Under the pieces are notes generated by a model. That model was given only the letters and a program-made list of their open reading frames with translations. It did not search any database and was not told the origin of the DNA. Source: Thermodesulfobacteriota bacterium (lineage in GTDB: Bacteria > Desulfobacterota_D > UBA1144 > Nemesobacterales > JAJCZQ01). From it: DNA of 64,000 nt. A program made the translations under genes and the position numbers. Within the stretch, counting starts at the first letter, position 1. Every line of letters starts with the position of its first letter. Shown here piece by piece: positions 21,161 to 34,325 of the stretch. The DNA is taken from contig OZ244044.1 of assembly GCA_965215275.1 (NCBI GenBank), forward strand, positions 1,120,001-1,184,000. Reading direction: 5' to 3'.

Positions 21161-22645
21161 TCAAGGAAGTGTGGAAGAACCCATAAGGTAACGGTCGCAC
21201 TCTCTTGCGGCCTCTCTTCCTTCGTTTATCGCCCATACCACTAGGCTTTGTCCCCTTCTTGCATCACCTGCGGCAAAAACTCCTTCCACGTTAGTGGCAT
21301 ATTTGCCATATTCGGCCTTTGCATTGGTCCTTTCATCCGTCGTAAGGTTCATCTGCTGTAAAAGTCCCTGCTCCGGACCAAGAAAACCAAGTGCCAGAAG
21401 TACAAGCTGTGCGGGCCATATTTTTTCCGTGCCGGGCACTTCATTAAACGACATCTTCCCGTTTTCTGCCTTTTGCCACTCGATCTGTACCGTATGGAGT
21501 TCCTTAACGTTGTTTGAATCGTCACCAACGAATTTTTTTGTCATTATCTGATATTTTCTGGGGTCCCCTCCAAAAACTGCAGCCGCTTCTTCCTGTCCGT
21601 AGCCCAGGGAATAGATCTTCGGCCACTGGGGCCATGGATTATCTGCGGACCTTTCCAAAGGAGGCTGCGAAAGTATCTCAAACTGAACCAGGCTCTTACA
21701 TTCATGTCTTACGCAGGTGGCAACACAATCCGTTCCCGTGTCTCCACCGCCAAGCACTATTACATCTTTACCCTTTGCGGAGATATAATTTCCATCTTCC
21801 AGGTTGCTGTCCAGCAGGCTCTTTGTATTGCTCCTTAAAAACTGCATCGCAAAGTATATTCCGTTCAGTTCCCTGCCTTCAATTGGCAGGTCCCTGGGTA
21901 CCGTGGCTCCCGTGCATATTACAACCGCATCGTTTTGACCAATAACGTCATCGGCTTTCATATCCCTGCCCACTTCAACTCCCGTTACAAAATCAATTCC
22001 TTCCTTTCTGAGAATATCCACTCTTCTCTGAACGATGTCCTTATCCAGATGCGGGTTGGGGATCCCGTACATAAGAAGCCCTCCGATCCTGTCATCCCTT
22101 TCATAAACGGTCACGCTGTGTCCCGCCTTATTAAGCTGTGCGGCACATGAAAGTCCTGCGGGACCTGACCCGATGACCGCTACTTTCTTGCCCGTTCTGA
22201 TCTCAGGAGGTTCAGGTACTATCCAGCCGGATTCAAAGCCCTTGTCCACGATCGCACACTCTATTGATTTGATCGTCACGGCTGGTTCGTTTATTCCAAG
22301 CACACACGAACCTTCACACGGTGCAGGACAAACACGTCCCGTAAACTCCGGGAAATTGTTGGTCTTATGTAATCTGTCAAGGGCATCTTTCCATAATCCC
22401 TTATATACAAGGTCGTTCCATTCGGGAATAAGATTGTTTACAGGACAGCCGACGGCCATACCGGCAAGCATCTCGCCAGTCTGACAGAACGGTACGCCGC
22501 AATCCATGCATCTGCTGCCCTGCTCTTTCAGTTCACTTTCGGGAAGATGCTGATGAAATTCGTTCCAATCACCGGTCCGCTCTTCAGGGTCTCTATCAGG
22601 ACCAAGTACGCGAGTATAGTTCATAAAACCTGTCGGATTACCCAT
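21161..22645 (-). CDS. gltD: Glutamate synthase small subunit
   Basis: [46 protein letters not shown]. Confidence 0.98.
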   Translation of the reverse strand: MGNPTGFMNYTRVLGPDRDPEERTGDWNEFHQHLPESELKEQGSRCMDCGVPFCQTGEMLAGMAVGCPVNNLIPEWNDLVYKGLWKDALDRLHKTNNFPEFTGRVCPAPCEGSCVLGINEPAVTIKSIECAIVDKGFESGWIVPEPPEIRTGKKVAVIGSGPAGLSCAAQLNKAGHSVTVYERDDRIGGLLMYGIPNPHLDKDIVQRRVDILRKEGIDFVTGVEVGRDMKADDVIGQNDAVVICTGATVPRDLPIEGRELNGIYFAMQFLRSNTKSLLDSNLEDGNYISAKGKDVIVLGGGDTGTDCVATCVRHECKSLVQFEILSQPPLERSADNPWPQWPKIYSLGYGQEEAAAVFGGDPRKYQIMTKKFVGDDSNNVKELHTVQIEWQKAENGKMSFNEVPGTEKIWPAQLVLLALGFLGPEQGLLQQMNLTTDERTNAKAEYGKYATNVEGVFAAGDARRGQSLVVWAINEGREAARECDRYLMGSSTLP

Positions 22646-22668
22646 TCAGTTTTCTCCAAAGAACACGG

Positions 22669-25600
22669 TTAATTTCCACTCACCCGGGCAAGGTCGCTTT
22701 TATTCGCTTCAAAGGCGGCCATCATTGCTTCATCTCCACTAAGCCCGCTTTTTTCCACTCGTTTAATATTCTCGAGCATGCGTTTATAATCGTTCGGCAT
22801 GACCTTCTTAAACTTCCTGACGCTCTCAGCCCAGTTATCAAGGAGCGTTCTTGCCACCTGGCTGCTCGTATAATCAAAATGTTTTCTTACCATGACGCTC
22901 AGGAAATTCTGGTCCTCGTCATCAACGGATCCGATGGAAACCATTCCCATGTTGCATTTTTCATCAAAATCTCCTTCTTCATCATACACGTAAGCAACCC
23001 CACCAGACATTCCCGCTCCGAAGTTCCTTCCCGTGGGTCCGAGCACCACGACTTTCCCGCCCGTCATATATTCACAGCCATGGTCCCCAACTGATTCTAT
23101 CACGGCATGAACACCACTGTTCCTCACGCAGAACCTTTCACCTGCTTTTCCTCTTATATATGCCTCTCCACCGGTCGCTCCGTAAAAGGCAACGTTACCA
23201 ACTATAATATTTTCCTCAGGTCTGAACGTGGACTTCCTGGGCGGATACACTATCAGCTTTCCTCCCGATAACCCTTTTCCAACGTAATCATTTGCATCAC
23301 CTTCAAGAAATAAGGTCATGCTCTTGGGAACAAAAGCTCCGAAACTCTGCCCGGCGGAACCACTGAAACGGATATTGACGGTGTTTTCCGCAAGACCATT
23401 AAGACCATATTTTCTCGTCAGTTCGCTGCCAACTATGGTACCGACGGCCCTGTTGATATTCTTTATAGGTAAAGGCTCTTTTACATCAACCGGTTTACCG
23501 TCCGTGATCGCAGGTGCACATATATCCATCAAAACCGTTTCATCAAGCGACTTATCTATTCCATGATCCTGATCTATCTGACGGTAAGTTCCCCAGCTGC
23601 CCGGTACGTCCGGCTTTGTAAACACACCTGAAAGATCAAGCCCCCTGGCTTTCCAGTGATCGATCGCTTTTTTTGTCGTTAACCTGTCCGTCCGTCCTAT
23701 CATCTCGTTGACACTTCTAAAGCCCAGACCAGCCATGATCTCCCTGAGTTCCTGTGCAACAAACCTGAGATAGGTCACCACGTCGGCGGGATCGCCAGTG
23801 AACTTTTTACGAAGTTCGGGATTTTGGGTCGCAACACCCACAGGACAGGTGTCTAAATGACAGACCCTCATCATTATACATCCAAGAACGATCAGCGGAG
23901 CGGTTGAAAATCCATATTCCTCCGCACCAAGCAGAGCAGCAATCGCAACGTCCTTACCGGTCTTTAACTGCCCATCAGTCTCAAGAACGACCCTACTTCT
24001 CAGATTGTTCAACAATAAAGTCTGATGGGTCTCAGCTATTCCCAGCTCCCAGGGGAGACCGGCATGCTGAATGCTACTCTGCGGGGATGCTCCCGTACCA
24101 CCGGAGGTACCGCTTATAAGGATCACGTCAGCGTGACCTTTGGCTACTCCGGCAGCAATTGTCCCTACCCCAACCTCAGACACTAGCTTTACATTAATTC
24201 TCGCATATTTGTTTGCATTTTTTAAATCATATATCAGTTCCGCCAGGTCCTCTATGGAATATATATCATGGTGAGGCGGGGGAGAGATCAGACCCACGCC
24301 CGGGGTGGACAAACGAACTTTTGCTATCCATGGATACACCTTTCTGCCCGGCAGCTGACCTCCCTCACCCGGCTTGGCCCCCTGGGCTATCTTGATCTGG
24401 ATCTCGTCAGAATTCACCAGGTATTCACTGGTAACCCCGAACCTGCCAGATGCAACCTGTTTAATTGCACTTCTTCTTAAATCACCATTTGCGTCCGCTG
24501 TATATCTGTCAGTGTCTTCACCTCCTTCCCCTGTATTGCTCTTACCTCCGATCCGGTTCATTGCTATGGCCAGGCTTTCATGGGACTCTTTACTGATGGC
24601 ACCGTACGACATCGCACCGGTTTTGAACCTTCTGCATATGGATTCAACCGATTCTACCTCTTCAATGGGTATGGGAGCACCACTGTAGTTAAAATCCATC
24701 AGCCCCCGGAGCGTAAAATGCTCCCTGTCCTCATTGTTTGAAAGTTCTGAGAACTCTTTATAGGACTTGTAGCTTTCTGACCTGGCAGCATACTGCAGCT
24801 TATGTACGGTCTGGGGATTCCACATATGCCTCTCACCGCCCGGACGCCACTGGTATATACCTCCTTCCTCCAGCGTGTCTTCATCAACGTCACGGTCCGG
24901 ATAGGCCTGTTCAGATCTTCGCAGTGCTTCCTCTGCGATCACCTCTATTCCAGCACCTTGAATCCTTGAAGGCGTCCACGTGAAGTACTTATCTATGAAT
25001 TCATGATCAAGTCCTAATGCTTCAAAGATCTGTGCGCCGTGATAGCTCTGCACCGTGGAAATACCCATCTTCGACATTATTTTGACAATTCCCTTCACAA
25101 TACTGGCAATGTAGTTCGAGATCGCTTTATCCGGCAGAATATCGGGCAGCATACCGTCAAGGATCATATTTTTTATCGTTTCATACGCGAGATAGGGGTT
25201 GATGGCACTTGCACCGTAACCGATCAGCAATGCAAAATGGTGCACTTCCCTTGGTTCTCCCGACTCCAGAACAAGACTTACCTTCATCCTGTTGCCATTT
25301 CTGACCAGATGATGATGAAGTCCCGATACCGCAAGCAGGGCGGGTATTGGGATCTTTTTATCACTAAACCCCCTGTCAGAAAGGATTACGATACTGATCC
25401 CTTCTGATATTGCTTTATCAACGTCCTTAAAAAGCTGATCAAGGGCTTTGATCAATCCTTCACTGCCGCCTCCGGGGTTAAAGTGAATTGGAAAGGTCCC
25501 TGATCTAAGGTTTTTCATATCAAGGGCTTTCAGTTTATTAAGGTCGCCGTTTGTCAGGACCGGATAGTCCATCTCTATCTTTTCACAATGTTCAGGCATC

Positions 25601-27264
25601 GGGGATAGAATATTCCTGACAGGTCCCAACGTTACCTTCGTATCTGTTATAAGTTCCTCCCTGATCGAATCGATCGCAGGATTTGTCACCTGAGCAAAAA
25701 GCTGCTTGAAATAGCTGTACAGAAGTTTAGGTTTATCAGACAAAACGGCTATCGGTGTATCCACGCCCATTGCCCCAACGGGCTCGACCGCGTTCTTTGC
25801 CATTTGACCGATCAGCAGCCTTAGTTCCTCAAAGGTATAACCGAACAACCTCTGAGCGGTCAGAAATGACCTGTCATCCGTTATTTCATCTTCTTCTCCG
25901 CAAGGCTTAAGGCTGTTAATGTGGACCAGGTTGTCCTTGATCCATTTGAAGTACGGCTTTTCATTCGAGAGGCTGTTCTTCAGTTCCTCGTCACCAACTA
26001 TCCTTCCCTTTTTTGTATCGATCAAAAGCATCCTTCCAGGTTCAAGGCGGCCTTTGTAAGCTATGTTCTCAGGAGGGATCTCCAGCACTCCCACCTCGGA
26101 CGCAAGAACCAGCAGATCATCTTTTGTAACGTAGTACCTGGACGGTCTGAGACCCTGTCTGTCTAAAACCGCGCCCACTTTCTCGCCATCGGTAAATCCA
26201 ATTGACGCCGGACCATCCCATGGCTCCATTAAACAGCTGTGATAATTATAGAATGCTTTCTTGTTCTCAGGCATGCTTTCGTGCTTGGACCAGGGTTCAG
26301 GTATCATCATCATTACCGCGTGCTCTATCGAATAGCCTGATAGTGATAAAAATTCCAGTGCGTTATCAAAAGCGGCAGAGTCGCTCCCCTCGGGTGCTAT
26401 GATCGGAAATAATTTTTCCAGATCGTCTCCATAAAGGTCGGATTTCAGCAGAGATTGCCTTGAGTGCATCCAGTTCATATTTCCTCTTAATGTATTGATC
26501 TCCCCATTGTGAATAACGTAGCGGTAGGGATGGGACCTGTCCCAGCTTGGAAACGTATTGGTGCTGAACCTGGAATGCACCAGTGCAATAGCGGTCTCCA
26601 TACGTCCGTCACTAAGGTCAGGATAGTACGGCTCAAGCTGCCACGTGGTTAACATCCCCTTATACACGATCGTCTTGTAGGAAAGACTGCAGATATAGAA
26701 ATTACTGTCCAGCGGCCTATCTGAAAATCTGATCTTGTTACCCGACCTTTTACAGATGATATAAAGCTTTCTCTCAAAGTCCATTCCCGGCTGAGTATCT
26801 TTCCCCCTCTTGATAAAGACCTGCTTCACGGCCGGTTCACACGACAGTGCCGTCTCGCCCAGTGACGTGTTATCAGTGGGAACGTCCCTCCATTTCAGGA
26901 CTTCCTGTCCTTCTTCCTGTACCGTTCTTTCAAATATCTCCATAACCGAGGATGCTACTTTTTCATCAGGAGAGATAAAGAGCATTCCAACCCCGTAATC
27001 ATCATGATCAGGCAGGTCCGCTCCTGTAACTTTTGCAAAAAAGTCATGTGGTTTCTGCATAAGTATCCCGGCACCGTCACCGGTGTTTTTCTCACACCCG
27101 CATGCCCCCCTGTGCTCCAGGTTGTTCAGGATCTCAATAGCCTGGGCAACTATTCCGTTCGACCTTATGCCATTGATGTTAACAACAAATCCAATACCGC
27201 AGGAATCATGTTCAAAATCAGGGTCGTACAGTCCCTGCCTATACGGCAATTCAAAATTTTTCAT
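22669..27264 (-). CDS. gltB: Glutamate synthase large subunit
   Basis: [48 protein letters not shown]. Confidence 0.98.
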   Translation of the reverse strand: MKNFELPYRQGLYDPDFEHDSCGIGFVVNINGIRSNGIVAQAIEILNNLEHRGACGCEKNTGDGAGILMQKPHDFFAKVTGADLPDHDDYGVGMLFISPDEKVASSVMEIFERTVQEEGQEVLKWRDVPTDNTSLGETALSCEPAVKQVFIKRGKDTQPGMDFERKLYIICKRSGNKIRFSDRPLDSNFYICSLSYKTIVYKGMLTTWQLEPYYPDLSDGRMETAIALVHSRFSTNTFPSWDRSHPYRYVIHNGEINTLRGNMNWMHSRQSLLKSDLYGDDLEKLFPIIAPEGSDSAAFDNALEFLSLSGYSIEHAVMMMIPEPWSKHESMPENKKAFYNYHSCLMEPWDGPASIGFTDGEKVGAVLDRQGLRPSRYYVTKDDLLVLASEVGVLEIPPENIAYKGRLEPGRMLLIDTKKGRIVGDEELKNSLSNEKPYFKWIKDNLVHINSLKPCGEEDEITDDRSFLTAQRLFGYTFEELRLLIGQMAKNAVEPVGAMGVDTPIAVLSDKPKLLYSYFKQLFAQVTNPAIDSIREELITDTKVTLGPVRNILSPMPEHCEKIEMDYPVLTNGDLNKLKALDMKNLRSGTFPIHFNPGGGSEGLIKALDQLFKDVDKAISEGISIVILSDRGFSDKKIPIPALLAVSGLHHHLVRNGNRMKVSLVLESGEPREVHHFALLIGYGASAINPYLAYETIKNMILDGMLPDILPDKAISNYIASIVKGIVKIMSKMGISTVQSYHGAQIFEALGLDHEFIDKYFTWTPSRIQGAGIEVIAEEALRRSEQAYPDRDVDEDTLEEGGIYQWRPGGERHMWNPQTVHKLQYAARSESYKSYKEFSELSNNEDREHFTLRGLMDFNYSGAPIPIEEVESVESICRRFKTGAMSYGAISKESHESLAIAMNRIGGKSNTGEGGEDTDRYTADANGDLRRSAIKQVASGRFGVTSEYLVNSDEIQIKIAQGAKPGEGGQLPGRKVYPWIAKVRLSTPGVGLISPPPHHDIYSIEDLAELIYDLKNANKYARINVKLVSEVGVGTIAAGVAKGHADVILISGTSGGTGASPQSSIQHAGLPWELGIAETHQTLLLNNLRSRVVLETDGQLKTGKDVAIAALLGAEEYGFSTAPLIVLGCIMMRVCHLDTCPVGVATQNPELRKKFTGDPADVVTYLRFVAQELREIMAGLGFRSVNEMIGRTDRLTTKKAIDHWKARGLDLSGVFTKPDVPGSWGTYRQIDQDHGIDKSLDETVLMDICAPAITDGKPVDVKEPLPIKNINRAVGTIVGSELTRKYGLNGLAENTVNIRFSGSAGQSFGAFVPKSMTLFLEGDANDYVGKGLSGGKLIVYPPRKSTFRPEENIIVGNVAFYGATGGEAYIRGKAGERFCVRNSGVHAVIESVGDHGCEYMTGGKVVVLGPTGRNFGAGMSGGVAYVYDEEGDFDEKCNMGMVSIGSVDDEDQNFLSVMVRKHFDYTSSQVARTLLDNWAESVRKFKKVMPNDYKRMLENIKRVEKSGLSGDEAMMAAFEANKSDLARVSGN

Positions 27265-27454
27265 AAGAGCAACCTCACAACGTGAACGTTAATTATAACA
27301 TACTAAACGCCTTTTAAAAAAATGAGCATATTTATAACCCGTTTTCCAACGACCGGACTGCCTAAATACCGTACAGTTAGTCTTTGCAGGGAATTATTGC
27401 TGTCTTTTCATTTAGTGTTTTGCAAATTAGTGTTATAATACAGCAATTAATCTT

Positions 27455-27898
27455 GTGTTTCAGGAGGGTCGTATGGTTCAGATAATGTGCTGGTTGGATT
27501 CTGAAGATTACTGGTACCTAAACAGCATGCATGAAGGTGATCAGGCCATAGATTATTATGCGTACAGGTTCAACGTTGATGACAGTTCGGAAGCTCCCGA
27601 CCCGACCCCGGTAAGTCTTATCGTGGTAGAGATGGTGAACGCAAAGCTCGCAATAGGGTTTGCCATGTCCCCGCATATTAAGATCGAGAAGGAATTCAAA
27701 GTCGGTTTTATATGTCAGGAAAGACCCGACAAGGATATCCCGCTCGTGTGTAAGCTCTCAGATGAGGTGAAACAGACCAAGTATGCCGGAACCGATATTC
27801 ACAGACTTGAATACATAGGTTTTTCATTAGAAAAATTTTATGAGAACAAAGGTGCCAAATTCTACCTTCATGACCTGAGACCTAAAAAGCGGATGTAA
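27455..27898 (+). CDS. Hypothetical protein (likely start ATG 27473 after CAGGAGG)
   Basis: ORF upstream of argG with RBS and TGnTATAAT; no motif recognised. Confidence 0.7.
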   Translation: MFQEGRMVQIMCWLDSEDYWYLNSMHEGDQAIDYYAYRFNVDDSSEAPDPTPVSLIVVEMVNAKLAIGFAMSPHIKIEKEFKVGFICQERPDKDIPLVCKLSDEVKQTKYAGTDIHRLEYIGFSLEKFYENKGAKFYLHDLRPKKRM

Positions 27899-27937
27899 AA
27901 AACAACCGTCCGCAAGTCATTATCAAGATACATCTCA

Positions 27938-29140
27938 ATGGTTAAGAAAAAAAACAAGATCGTCCTGGCCTATTCCGGTGGACTTGACACGTCCATTATA
28001 TTAAAATGGCTCATAAAGGAACACAGGGCCGAAGTTATAGCCTATGTAGCCGACCTGGGACAGAACGAAAACATCGAGAAAATAAGGGAAAAGGCTTTTA
28101 AAACAGGTGCCAGCAAGGTATTCGTCGAAGATCTGAAAGAGGCATTCGTTAAGGATTTCGTCTATCCGGCCATTAAGTCAAGTGCTATATATGAAGGGTG
28201 TTATCTGCTCGGCACGTCACTGGCAAGGCCCCTTATTGCAAAAAGACAGATAGAGATAGCCGAGCAGGAAGGAGCTTCCTTCGTCTCTCACGGAGCAACG
28301 GGTAAGGGCAATGACCAGGTAAGGTTCGAACTGACGTTCTATTCATTATCTCCCGGTATTAAAGTGATCGCACCCTGGAGAGAGTGGAAGTTCAGATCAA
28401 GGAACGATCTTATAAAGTTCGCACGGAACAACGGGATCGAAGTACCCGTTACAAAAGAAAAGCCCTATAGTTGTGACAGGAACTTAATGCACGTCAGCTA
28501 TGAAGGAGGGGTTCTTGAAGATCCCTGGACGGAACCACCGGAATCGATGTTTGAAATGACGGTGTCCCCGGAAAACGCTCCGAACGAGCCGACTTTCATA
28601 GAAATTGAATTTAAAAAAGGGGAACCGGTAAAAGTTAACGGCAAGAAGCTGTCTCCCGCTAAACTACTGTCTGAATTAAATGACGTTGCAGGCAGGAACG
28701 GAATAGGCAGGGTTGACATAGTTGAAAACCGTTTTGTTGGTATGAAATCAAGAGGCGTTTATGAAACTCCAGGCGGAACGCTTCTGCACGTAGCACACAG
28801 AGCGGTGGAATCACTGACCATGGACAGAGAGGTCATGCATCTAAGGGATTCCCTTGTACCAAAGATCGCCCAGCTTATATATAACGGACTGTGGTACAGT
28901 CCGGAAATGGATATGCTGATGGATGCAGTGACAAATTCGCAGAAAAACGTCGATGGAGTAGCCAGATTAAAACTGTACAAAGGTAACACGACAGTTGTAG
29001 GACGTAAATCGCCCAGGTCCCTTTATCTGGAAGACCTTGCAACTTTTGAAGAAGACGAGATATACGATCAGTCGGATGCAACTGGTTTCATAAAGTTAAA
29101 CGCACTCAGACTTAAAACAAAAAATGTATTCAGTAGATGA
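27938..29140 (+). CDS. argG: Argininosuccinate synthase
   Basis: [32 protein letters not shown]. Confidence 0.98.
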   Translation: MVKKKNKIVLAYSGGLDTSIILKWLIKEHRAEVIAYVADLGQNENIEKIREKAFKTGASKVFVEDLKEAFVKDFVYPAIKSSAIYEGCYLLGTSLARPLIAKRQIEIAEQEGASFVSHGATGKGNDQVRFELTFYSLSPGIKVIAPWREWKFRSRNDLIKFARNNGIEVPVTKEKPYSCDRNLMHVSYEGGVLEDPWTEPPESMFEMTVSPENAPNEPTFIEIEFKKGEPVKVNGKKLSPAKLLSELNDVAGRNGIGRVDIVENRFVGMKSRGVYETPGGTLLHVAHRAVESLTMDREVMHLRDSLVPKIAQLIYNGLWYSPEMDMLMDAVTNSQKNVDGVARLKLYKGNTTVVGRKSPRSLYLEDLATFEEDEIYDQSDATGFIKLNALRLKTKNVFSR

Positions 29141-30129
29141 AAACAGGCGATTTTGACTATCATCTTCCACAGGAACTCATTGCTGAATACCCGCTTAAAA
29201 AAAGGGACGGATCCAGACTGCTCGTCTTGAACAAGAGTAACGGCAGCATAACTCACGAAAGGTTCTTCAATATCGCTGACCATCTCAAAGAGGGAGATCT
29301 GCTTATTCTCAACGACACCAAGGTACTTCCAGTAAAACTTGTCGGACGAACAGCGGACAAGGAGGTCGAAGTACTTCTCACCCACAGGATCTCTGAAAAG
29401 CACTGGAAACTTCTGGTGAGAAATCCAAAAAACAACAGCGTGATACAGTTCAATGAAGGAATAAAAGGAACGCTGTCAAAAAGCCCTTCAGATGAGTGGG
29501 TGATAAATTTCAACAGACCGGTCGAGAAATATATACACGACTTTGGAAAAATACCTCTTCCGCCATATATACACAGACCACCGGAAGAAAGGGACAGGGA
29601 AACGTATCAAACGGTCTTTGCAAGGAAGAAGGGAGCAATAGCAGCCCCTACGGCAGGACTTCATTTTACGGACAAGCTGCTTGAAAGGATCAGAGAAACA
29701 GGCGTGGAGATAAGGTTCATAACGCTCCATGTGGGAATTGGAACGTTCAGACCTGTCAAGTCAGAGAACGTTTCAGACCATGTAATGCACAGGGAGTTCG
29801 TGGAAATTCCCGAGAGGACGTTCAGTTCCGTATTAAAGGCAAAAAGGGACTTAAGAAGAATAGTGGCGGTCGGTACAACGGTTGTCCGTGCGATCGAATC
29901 AGTTGTTAAATTCGATTCCTTAACTTTCGATACCGGTCTGTTCATCTATCCTCCTTATGATTTTCAATTCATTGATGCAATGATCACCAATTTTCACATG
30001 CCAAGATCAAGTCTGCTGATGCTCGTATCAGCATTCTGCTCGAAAGATATGCTGTTTTCAGCATACAGAGAAGCTGTAAACAAAAAGTACAGATTTCTGA
30101 GCTATGGTGATGCAATGTTTATTTCTTGA
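29137..30129 (+). CDS. queA: SAM:tRNA ribosyltransferase-isomerase
   Basis: [37 protein letters not shown]. Confidence 0.97.
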   Translation: MKTGDFDYHLPQELIAEYPLKKRDGSRLLVLNKSNGSITHERFFNIADHLKEGDLLILNDTKVLPVKLVGRTADKEVEVLLTHRISEKHWKLLVRNPKNNSVIQFNEGIKGTLSKSPSDEWVINFNRPVEKYIHDFGKIPLPPYIHRPPEERDRETYQTVFARKKGAIAAPTAGLHFTDKLLERIRETGVEIRFITLHVGIGTFRPVKSENVSDHVMHREFVEIPERTFSSVLKAKRDLRRIVAVGTTVVRAIESVVKFDSLTFDTGLFIYPPYDFQFIDAMITNFHMPRSSLLMLVSAFCSKDMLFSAYREAVNKKYRFLSYGDAMFIS

Positions 30130-30177
30130 CAAAATCAAGATAGAATTATACGACCTAAACGTCTAACGGAGGTATAC

Positions 30178-31164
30178 ATGTCGTCACTAATTACAGGAGC
30201 TACCGGGTTCATTGGTTCTCATGTTGCACGAAAACTGATGGAAAGAGGAGAGAGGGTAAAGGTACTTCTAAGAAAAACGAGCAGAACAGATAACATTGAC
30301 AACCTGAACGTTGACAAGGTTTATGGCGATATACTTGACAAAAGATCGATTATAAACGCCTTACAAGGTTGCAATACCTTGTATCACGCGGCAGGATTTG
30401 TCTCCTTCAAAAAAAAGGATTACGGCAAGATGGAGGAAATAAACGTTCAGGGTTCAAAGACGGTACTTTCTGCCGCCGTTGAAGCGGGGGTCAAAAGGGT
30501 CGTCTTCACAAGCAGCGTTGCCGCACTTGGACCCGGACCGGAAAACGGCTGCGTGACCGAGGACACAGTAACGGATTTCAGTTCCGCGGGTATAGGGTAC
30601 ATGAACGTAAAGAGAGACGCTGAAAACGCAGCTTTGGATTTCTGCTCACAGGGACTTGACGTCGTTATTACAAATCCTTCGGTCGTTCTTGGAGCAGGGG
30701 ACATTTATATGTCCAGCGCCGGGTCTGTCCTGTGGTATTGTAAAAGACGGTTTCCCGGATATCTGGACGGAACGCTGAACGTCACAGACGTTGAAGACGT
30801 GGCAGAGGGACATATACTTGCAGCTGAAAAAGGAAGGTCCGGCGAAAGGTATATACTGGGTAATACCAATCTTATAGTAAAGGAATACTTCAATCTGCTT
30901 GAAAAGGTAACCGGTATCCCTTCCCCGAAACTGAAAATACCTTACGCTGCTGCTTACGCGACCGCTTATCTGACCGAGCGGATTTTAGGATTTGATTTTC
31001 CCAACATGTCAACCATGGACGTGGACTCTGTCAAGCTGACCAGATACAACTGGCACGCGGACAGTTCAAAGGCCGAACGCGAACTCGGATATACTAAAAC
31101 GCCCATAGAAAAAACAGTAAAAAAAACCGTAGACTGGTTTAAAGCAAACGGTTACCTGAGCTAG
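30178..31164 (+). CDS. NAD-dependent epimerase/dehydratase (HpnA/dihydroflavonol reductase-like SDR)
   Basis: TGATGFIG, YHAAG, FTSS, YMNVK, GERYILG. Confidence 0.85.
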   Translation: MSSLITGATGFIGSHVARKLMERGERVKVLLRKTSRTDNIDNLNVDKVYGDILDKRSIINALQGCNTLYHAAGFVSFKKKDYGKMEEINVQGSKTVLSAAVEAGVKRVVFTSSVAALGPGPENGCVTEDTVTDFSSAGIGYMNVKRDAENAALDFCSQGLDVVITNPSVVLGAGDIYMSSAGSVLWYCKRRFPGYLDGTLNVTDVEDVAEGHILAAEKGRSGERYILGNTNLIVKEYFNLLEKVTGIPSPKLKIPYAAAYATAYLTERILGFDFPNMSTMDVDSVKLTRYNWHADSSKAERELGYTKTPIEKTVKKTVDWFKANGYLS

Positions 31165-31285
31165 GTCGACATCATGATCATAAGTTCAACTGACCGTAAG
31201 GGGCTGAAAATTTGGCGATAATGTAAAACTGACGATTTACAGAAAGAAGCAGACCTATAAATTACAGAGGAGTTATATTTATCTA

Positions 31286-32356
31286 ATGCCCGGCAACACA
31301 TTCGGAAGACTGTTCAGAATAACAACCTGGGGAGAGTCTCATGGAAAAGCCGTGGGGGTGGTACTTGATGGATGCCCCGCCGGACTCGGTATATCGGAAG
31401 AAGAGATACAAGCAGAACTTGACAGAAGAAGACCAGGTCAGAGCAGTATAACCACTCAGAGAAAAGAACCGGACAAAGTCGAAATACTGTCCGGCGTTTT
31501 TGACGGCAAGACAACCGGGACCCCGATTTCCATGATAGTCAAGAACGTGGACGCTATATCCAGGTCCTATGAAGATATAAAAGACACATACAGACCGGGA
31601 CACGCTGATTTTACCTACGATCAGAAATACGGACTCAGGGATCACAGGGGAGGTGGCAGGTCCTCAAATCGCGAGACAGTAGGAAGGGTCGCCGCGGCAG
31701 CAATAGCAAAAAAAATACTGAACATAGAGGGTATAAGGACAATTGGTCACGTAAAGCAGGTAGGAGATATAAAAGCTGAAAAATTCGACACCAGACAGAT
31801 CGAGAAAAATCCCGTCAGATGTGCGGACAAAAAAAAGGCACTTGAAATGACGGCGTTGATCGAGCAAGTCAGAAAAGAAGGTGATTCCATAGGGGGAATA
31901 GTTGAGATAATATCCACTGGTATGCCAAAGGGACTTGGCAGCCCCGTTTTTAATAAACTGGATGCCGACCTTGCAGCAGCATTAATGAGCCTTGGAGGTA
32001 TCAGAGGTTTTGAAGCAGGTATGGGATTTACCGTAGCAGAAAAAAGAGGCTCCGAGGCAAATGACCTGATGTATAAAAAGAAAGACGGTAAGCTGGGCTT
32101 TAAGACAAATAACGCCGGTGGCATGCTCGGTGGTATATCAAATGGCGAGGACCTCGTTGTCAGAATAGCGGTCAAGCCAACATCCTCAATATCAAAAGAA
32201 CAAAGAACAGTGGATAAAAAAGGTCGTGCCAGAAAGCTGACAGTAAAGGGCAGACATGATCCCTGCCTTTGCCCGAGGGCAGTACCAATTGCAGAAGCTA
32301 TGGTTAACCTGGTCCTGATCGACCATCTGCTTGCATCCAGAATTACAAGGGTTTAG
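31286..32356 (+). CDS. aroC: Chorismate synthase
   Basis: GESHG, RRRPGQS, YRPGHAD, GGGRSS, GRHDPC. Confidence 0.98.
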   Translation: MPGNTFGRLFRITTWGESHGKAVGVVLDGCPAGLGISEEEIQAELDRRRPGQSSITTQRKEPDKVEILSGVFDGKTTGTPISMIVKNVDAISRSYEDIKDTYRPGHADFTYDQKYGLRDHRGGGRSSNRETVGRVAAAAIAKKILNIEGIRTIGHVKQVGDIKAEKFDTRQIEKNPVRCADKKKALEMTALIEQVRKEGDSIGGIVEIISTGMPKGLGSPVFNKLDADLAAALMSLGGIRGFEAGMGFTVAEKRGSEANDLMYKKKDGKLGFKTNNAGGMLGGISNGEDLVVRIAVKPTSSISKEQRTVDKKGRARKLTVKGRHDPCLCPRAVPIAEAMVNLVLIDHLLASRITRV

Positions 32357-32370
32357 CCTTTACAGCTACA

Positions 32371-32715
32371 GTGGATATTAATTTTAAGATCTTTGTGGAC
32401 AATGAAATCATCTACTATGGAAATTTCAGTGAGCTTCCACAAGAACACAGAGAAAAAATCGTTGAGGCGCTGGATGAATGGGGTGAACTGCTTGGAAAAA
32501 GCGGCCTGAACGAGACAATATTTTCATTACTTGCATTGTGCGATCAAAGACAATACGAGTGCCCTAAGTGTGGAAAAACCGGCAACGAAGATACCACCTG
32601 TCCTGACTGTGGAGACAAGACGGCTCAAAAAGACACATATCCGCATAACGAAAAAATATTGACGCTGCTCAACTGTATTGGAATGATAACTCACCTGGAG
32701 ATTGAACGACCGTAA
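32371..32715 (+). CDS. Hypothetical protein with CxxC...CxxC zinc ribbon
   Basis: CPKC...CPDC; 14 bp after aroC. Confidence 0.65.
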   Translation: MDINFKIFVDNEIIYYGNFSELPQEHREKIVEALDEWGELLGKSGLNETIFSLLALCDQRQYECPKCGKTGNEDTTCPDCGDKTAQKDTYPHNEKILTLLNCIGMITHLEIERP

Positions 32716-33002
32716 TGAAAATTACCGTGGAAGGACAGATATTTCCGAAAGTATGGGACATTGCAAGCAACGTAAAGAAGATCGGAAATCGCCGTAAAGG
32801 CTGGAATCTCGGCAGTGGAACAATGAGTTATCCGGTTTATGAAGTTACTCTTCCGGAAGACACTAAAAAAGAGGGGATATACTTCATCACTCCTCAGGGC
32901 GTAAAACTCTACTTCAGCCAAGGCAGCCAATATGAGATCGGTTATCTGATCTCAGACCTGGACAGCGGTTCACTTGCCTGTAAATATTTTCAGGAGAATT
33001 AA
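32715..33002 (+). CDS. Hypothetical protein, 95 aa
   Basis: TAATG stop/start coupling with the upstream ORF. Confidence 0.6.
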   Translation: MKITVEGQIFPKVWDIASNVKKIGNRRKGWNLGSGTMSYPVYEVTLPEDTKKEGIYFITPQGVKLYFSQGSQYEIGYLISDLDSGSLACKYFQEN

Positions 33003-33018
33003 TATACTCGGATTTTGC

Positions 33019-34161
33019 TTATAACGAGTCGTTTAAAATCTCAGTTGCTTTTGTAACACCCGCCCCAAAGTTAAAACTGTGACCTAGATTTTTAAGAGTG
33101 GATTCCAGCGCAGATATAACTGCTATCGTATCGGTTGCTTCTATATCTCCAATGTGAGAAAATCTGAATATCTTACCCTTTGCATGATCCTGTCCACCCG
33201 CGATCGTCATACCGAACCTGTCTTTTAGTTCCTTGATTATCTTCGCCGCGCCGATCCGCTCTGGTGCAATTCCCACCGTTAACGCAGTGCTTGGAGAACC
33301 TTTGGCAAATAACCCTATGTTCATGGCGGTCAAGGCTCCCCTGGATGCTCTGGACAGACTGTCATGTCTTTTGTACATATTTGCAAGGCCTTCACTTGAA
33401 AATCTTTTCAGAACCTCCGCAAGACCTATAATAAGGGTGACCGCCGGGGTGTATGGAGTGGTATTCTTAGCAGCACTCGTTCGGTAATTTTTCAGGTCGA
33501 AGTAGAACCTGGGAAGGTCGGAAGTCTCGCTGAATTTCCATGCTTTTTCACTAAGAGCGATGAACGCCAGTCCCGGAGGCATCATAAATGCCTTTTGTGA
33601 ACCTCCCACCAGAACGTCAATACCAACTTCATCAAAACCTAAAGAAAATACGCCAACGGCAGTTATTCCATCCACGATCAATAATACATCTTCCCTTTCA
33701 TTGGTTATTTCAGCTATTTTCTCCGTCGGGTGTCTAACACCAGTTGACGTTTCGCTTGCCTGTAACAGAACTGCCTTTATGGATGGATCATTATCAAGTG
33801 CCTCTTTAATTAAGGAAGGATCAACGGCAGTACCCCATTCCACTACGATCTCCTGTACTTTAAGCCCGTATGATCTTGATATCTTTGCCCACCTTTCTCC
33901 AAATTTGCCGCCGTTCACCACCAACACCTTATCGCCACTGGACATGGTGTTGGAAATAGCAGCGTCCATTGCTCCCGTGCCTGATGAAGCCAGTATTAAA
34001 ACCTCCTGCTCCGTCTGATACACATGTTTCAGCCCCTTTCTTACCTCTTCAAAAATAGCTTCAAACTCTTCCGTTCTATGATGAATAATGGGGTTTGCCA
34101 TCTTGATCAGAATCTCGCTGGGCACTGGAACGGGACCGGGGGTAAATACGTATTTTTTCAC
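33019..34161 (-). CDS. Class V PLP aminotransferase (serine/alanine-glyoxylate type)
   Basis: TPGPVP, SSGTGAM, ETSTGV, GSQKAFMMPPG, AGGQ. Confidence 0.93.
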   Translation of the reverse strand: MKKYVFTPGPVPVPSEILIKMANPIIHHRTEEFEAIFEEVRKGLKHVYQTEQEVLILASSGTGAMDAAISNTMSSGDKVLVVNGGKFGERWAKISRSYGLKVQEIVVEWGTAVDPSLIKEALDNDPSIKAVLLQASETSTGVRHPTEKIAEITNEREDVLLIVDGITAVGVFSLGFDEVGIDVLVGGSQKAFMMPPGLAFIALSEKAWKFSETSDLPRFYFDLKNYRTSAAKNTTPYTPAVTLIIGLAEVLKRFSSEGLANMYKRHDSLSRASRGALTAMNIGLFAKGSPSTALTVGIAPERIGAAKIIKELKDRFGMTIAGGQDHAKGKIFRFSHIGDIEATDTIAVISALESTLKNLGHSFNFGAGVTKATEILNDSL

Positions 34162-34325
34162 TTCTTAATTCTCCTTAAATTATGAATATTGGATGAACCG
34201 GAAAGAGGCAATTTACCTGAAAGCAAATTAAAATCAAAATTGACATAGACAGAACAATGAGTTAAACAACATAGAACTTGAAAGAACACTTTATATCAGC
34301 AACGACTTTTTATAAGGTATATACA

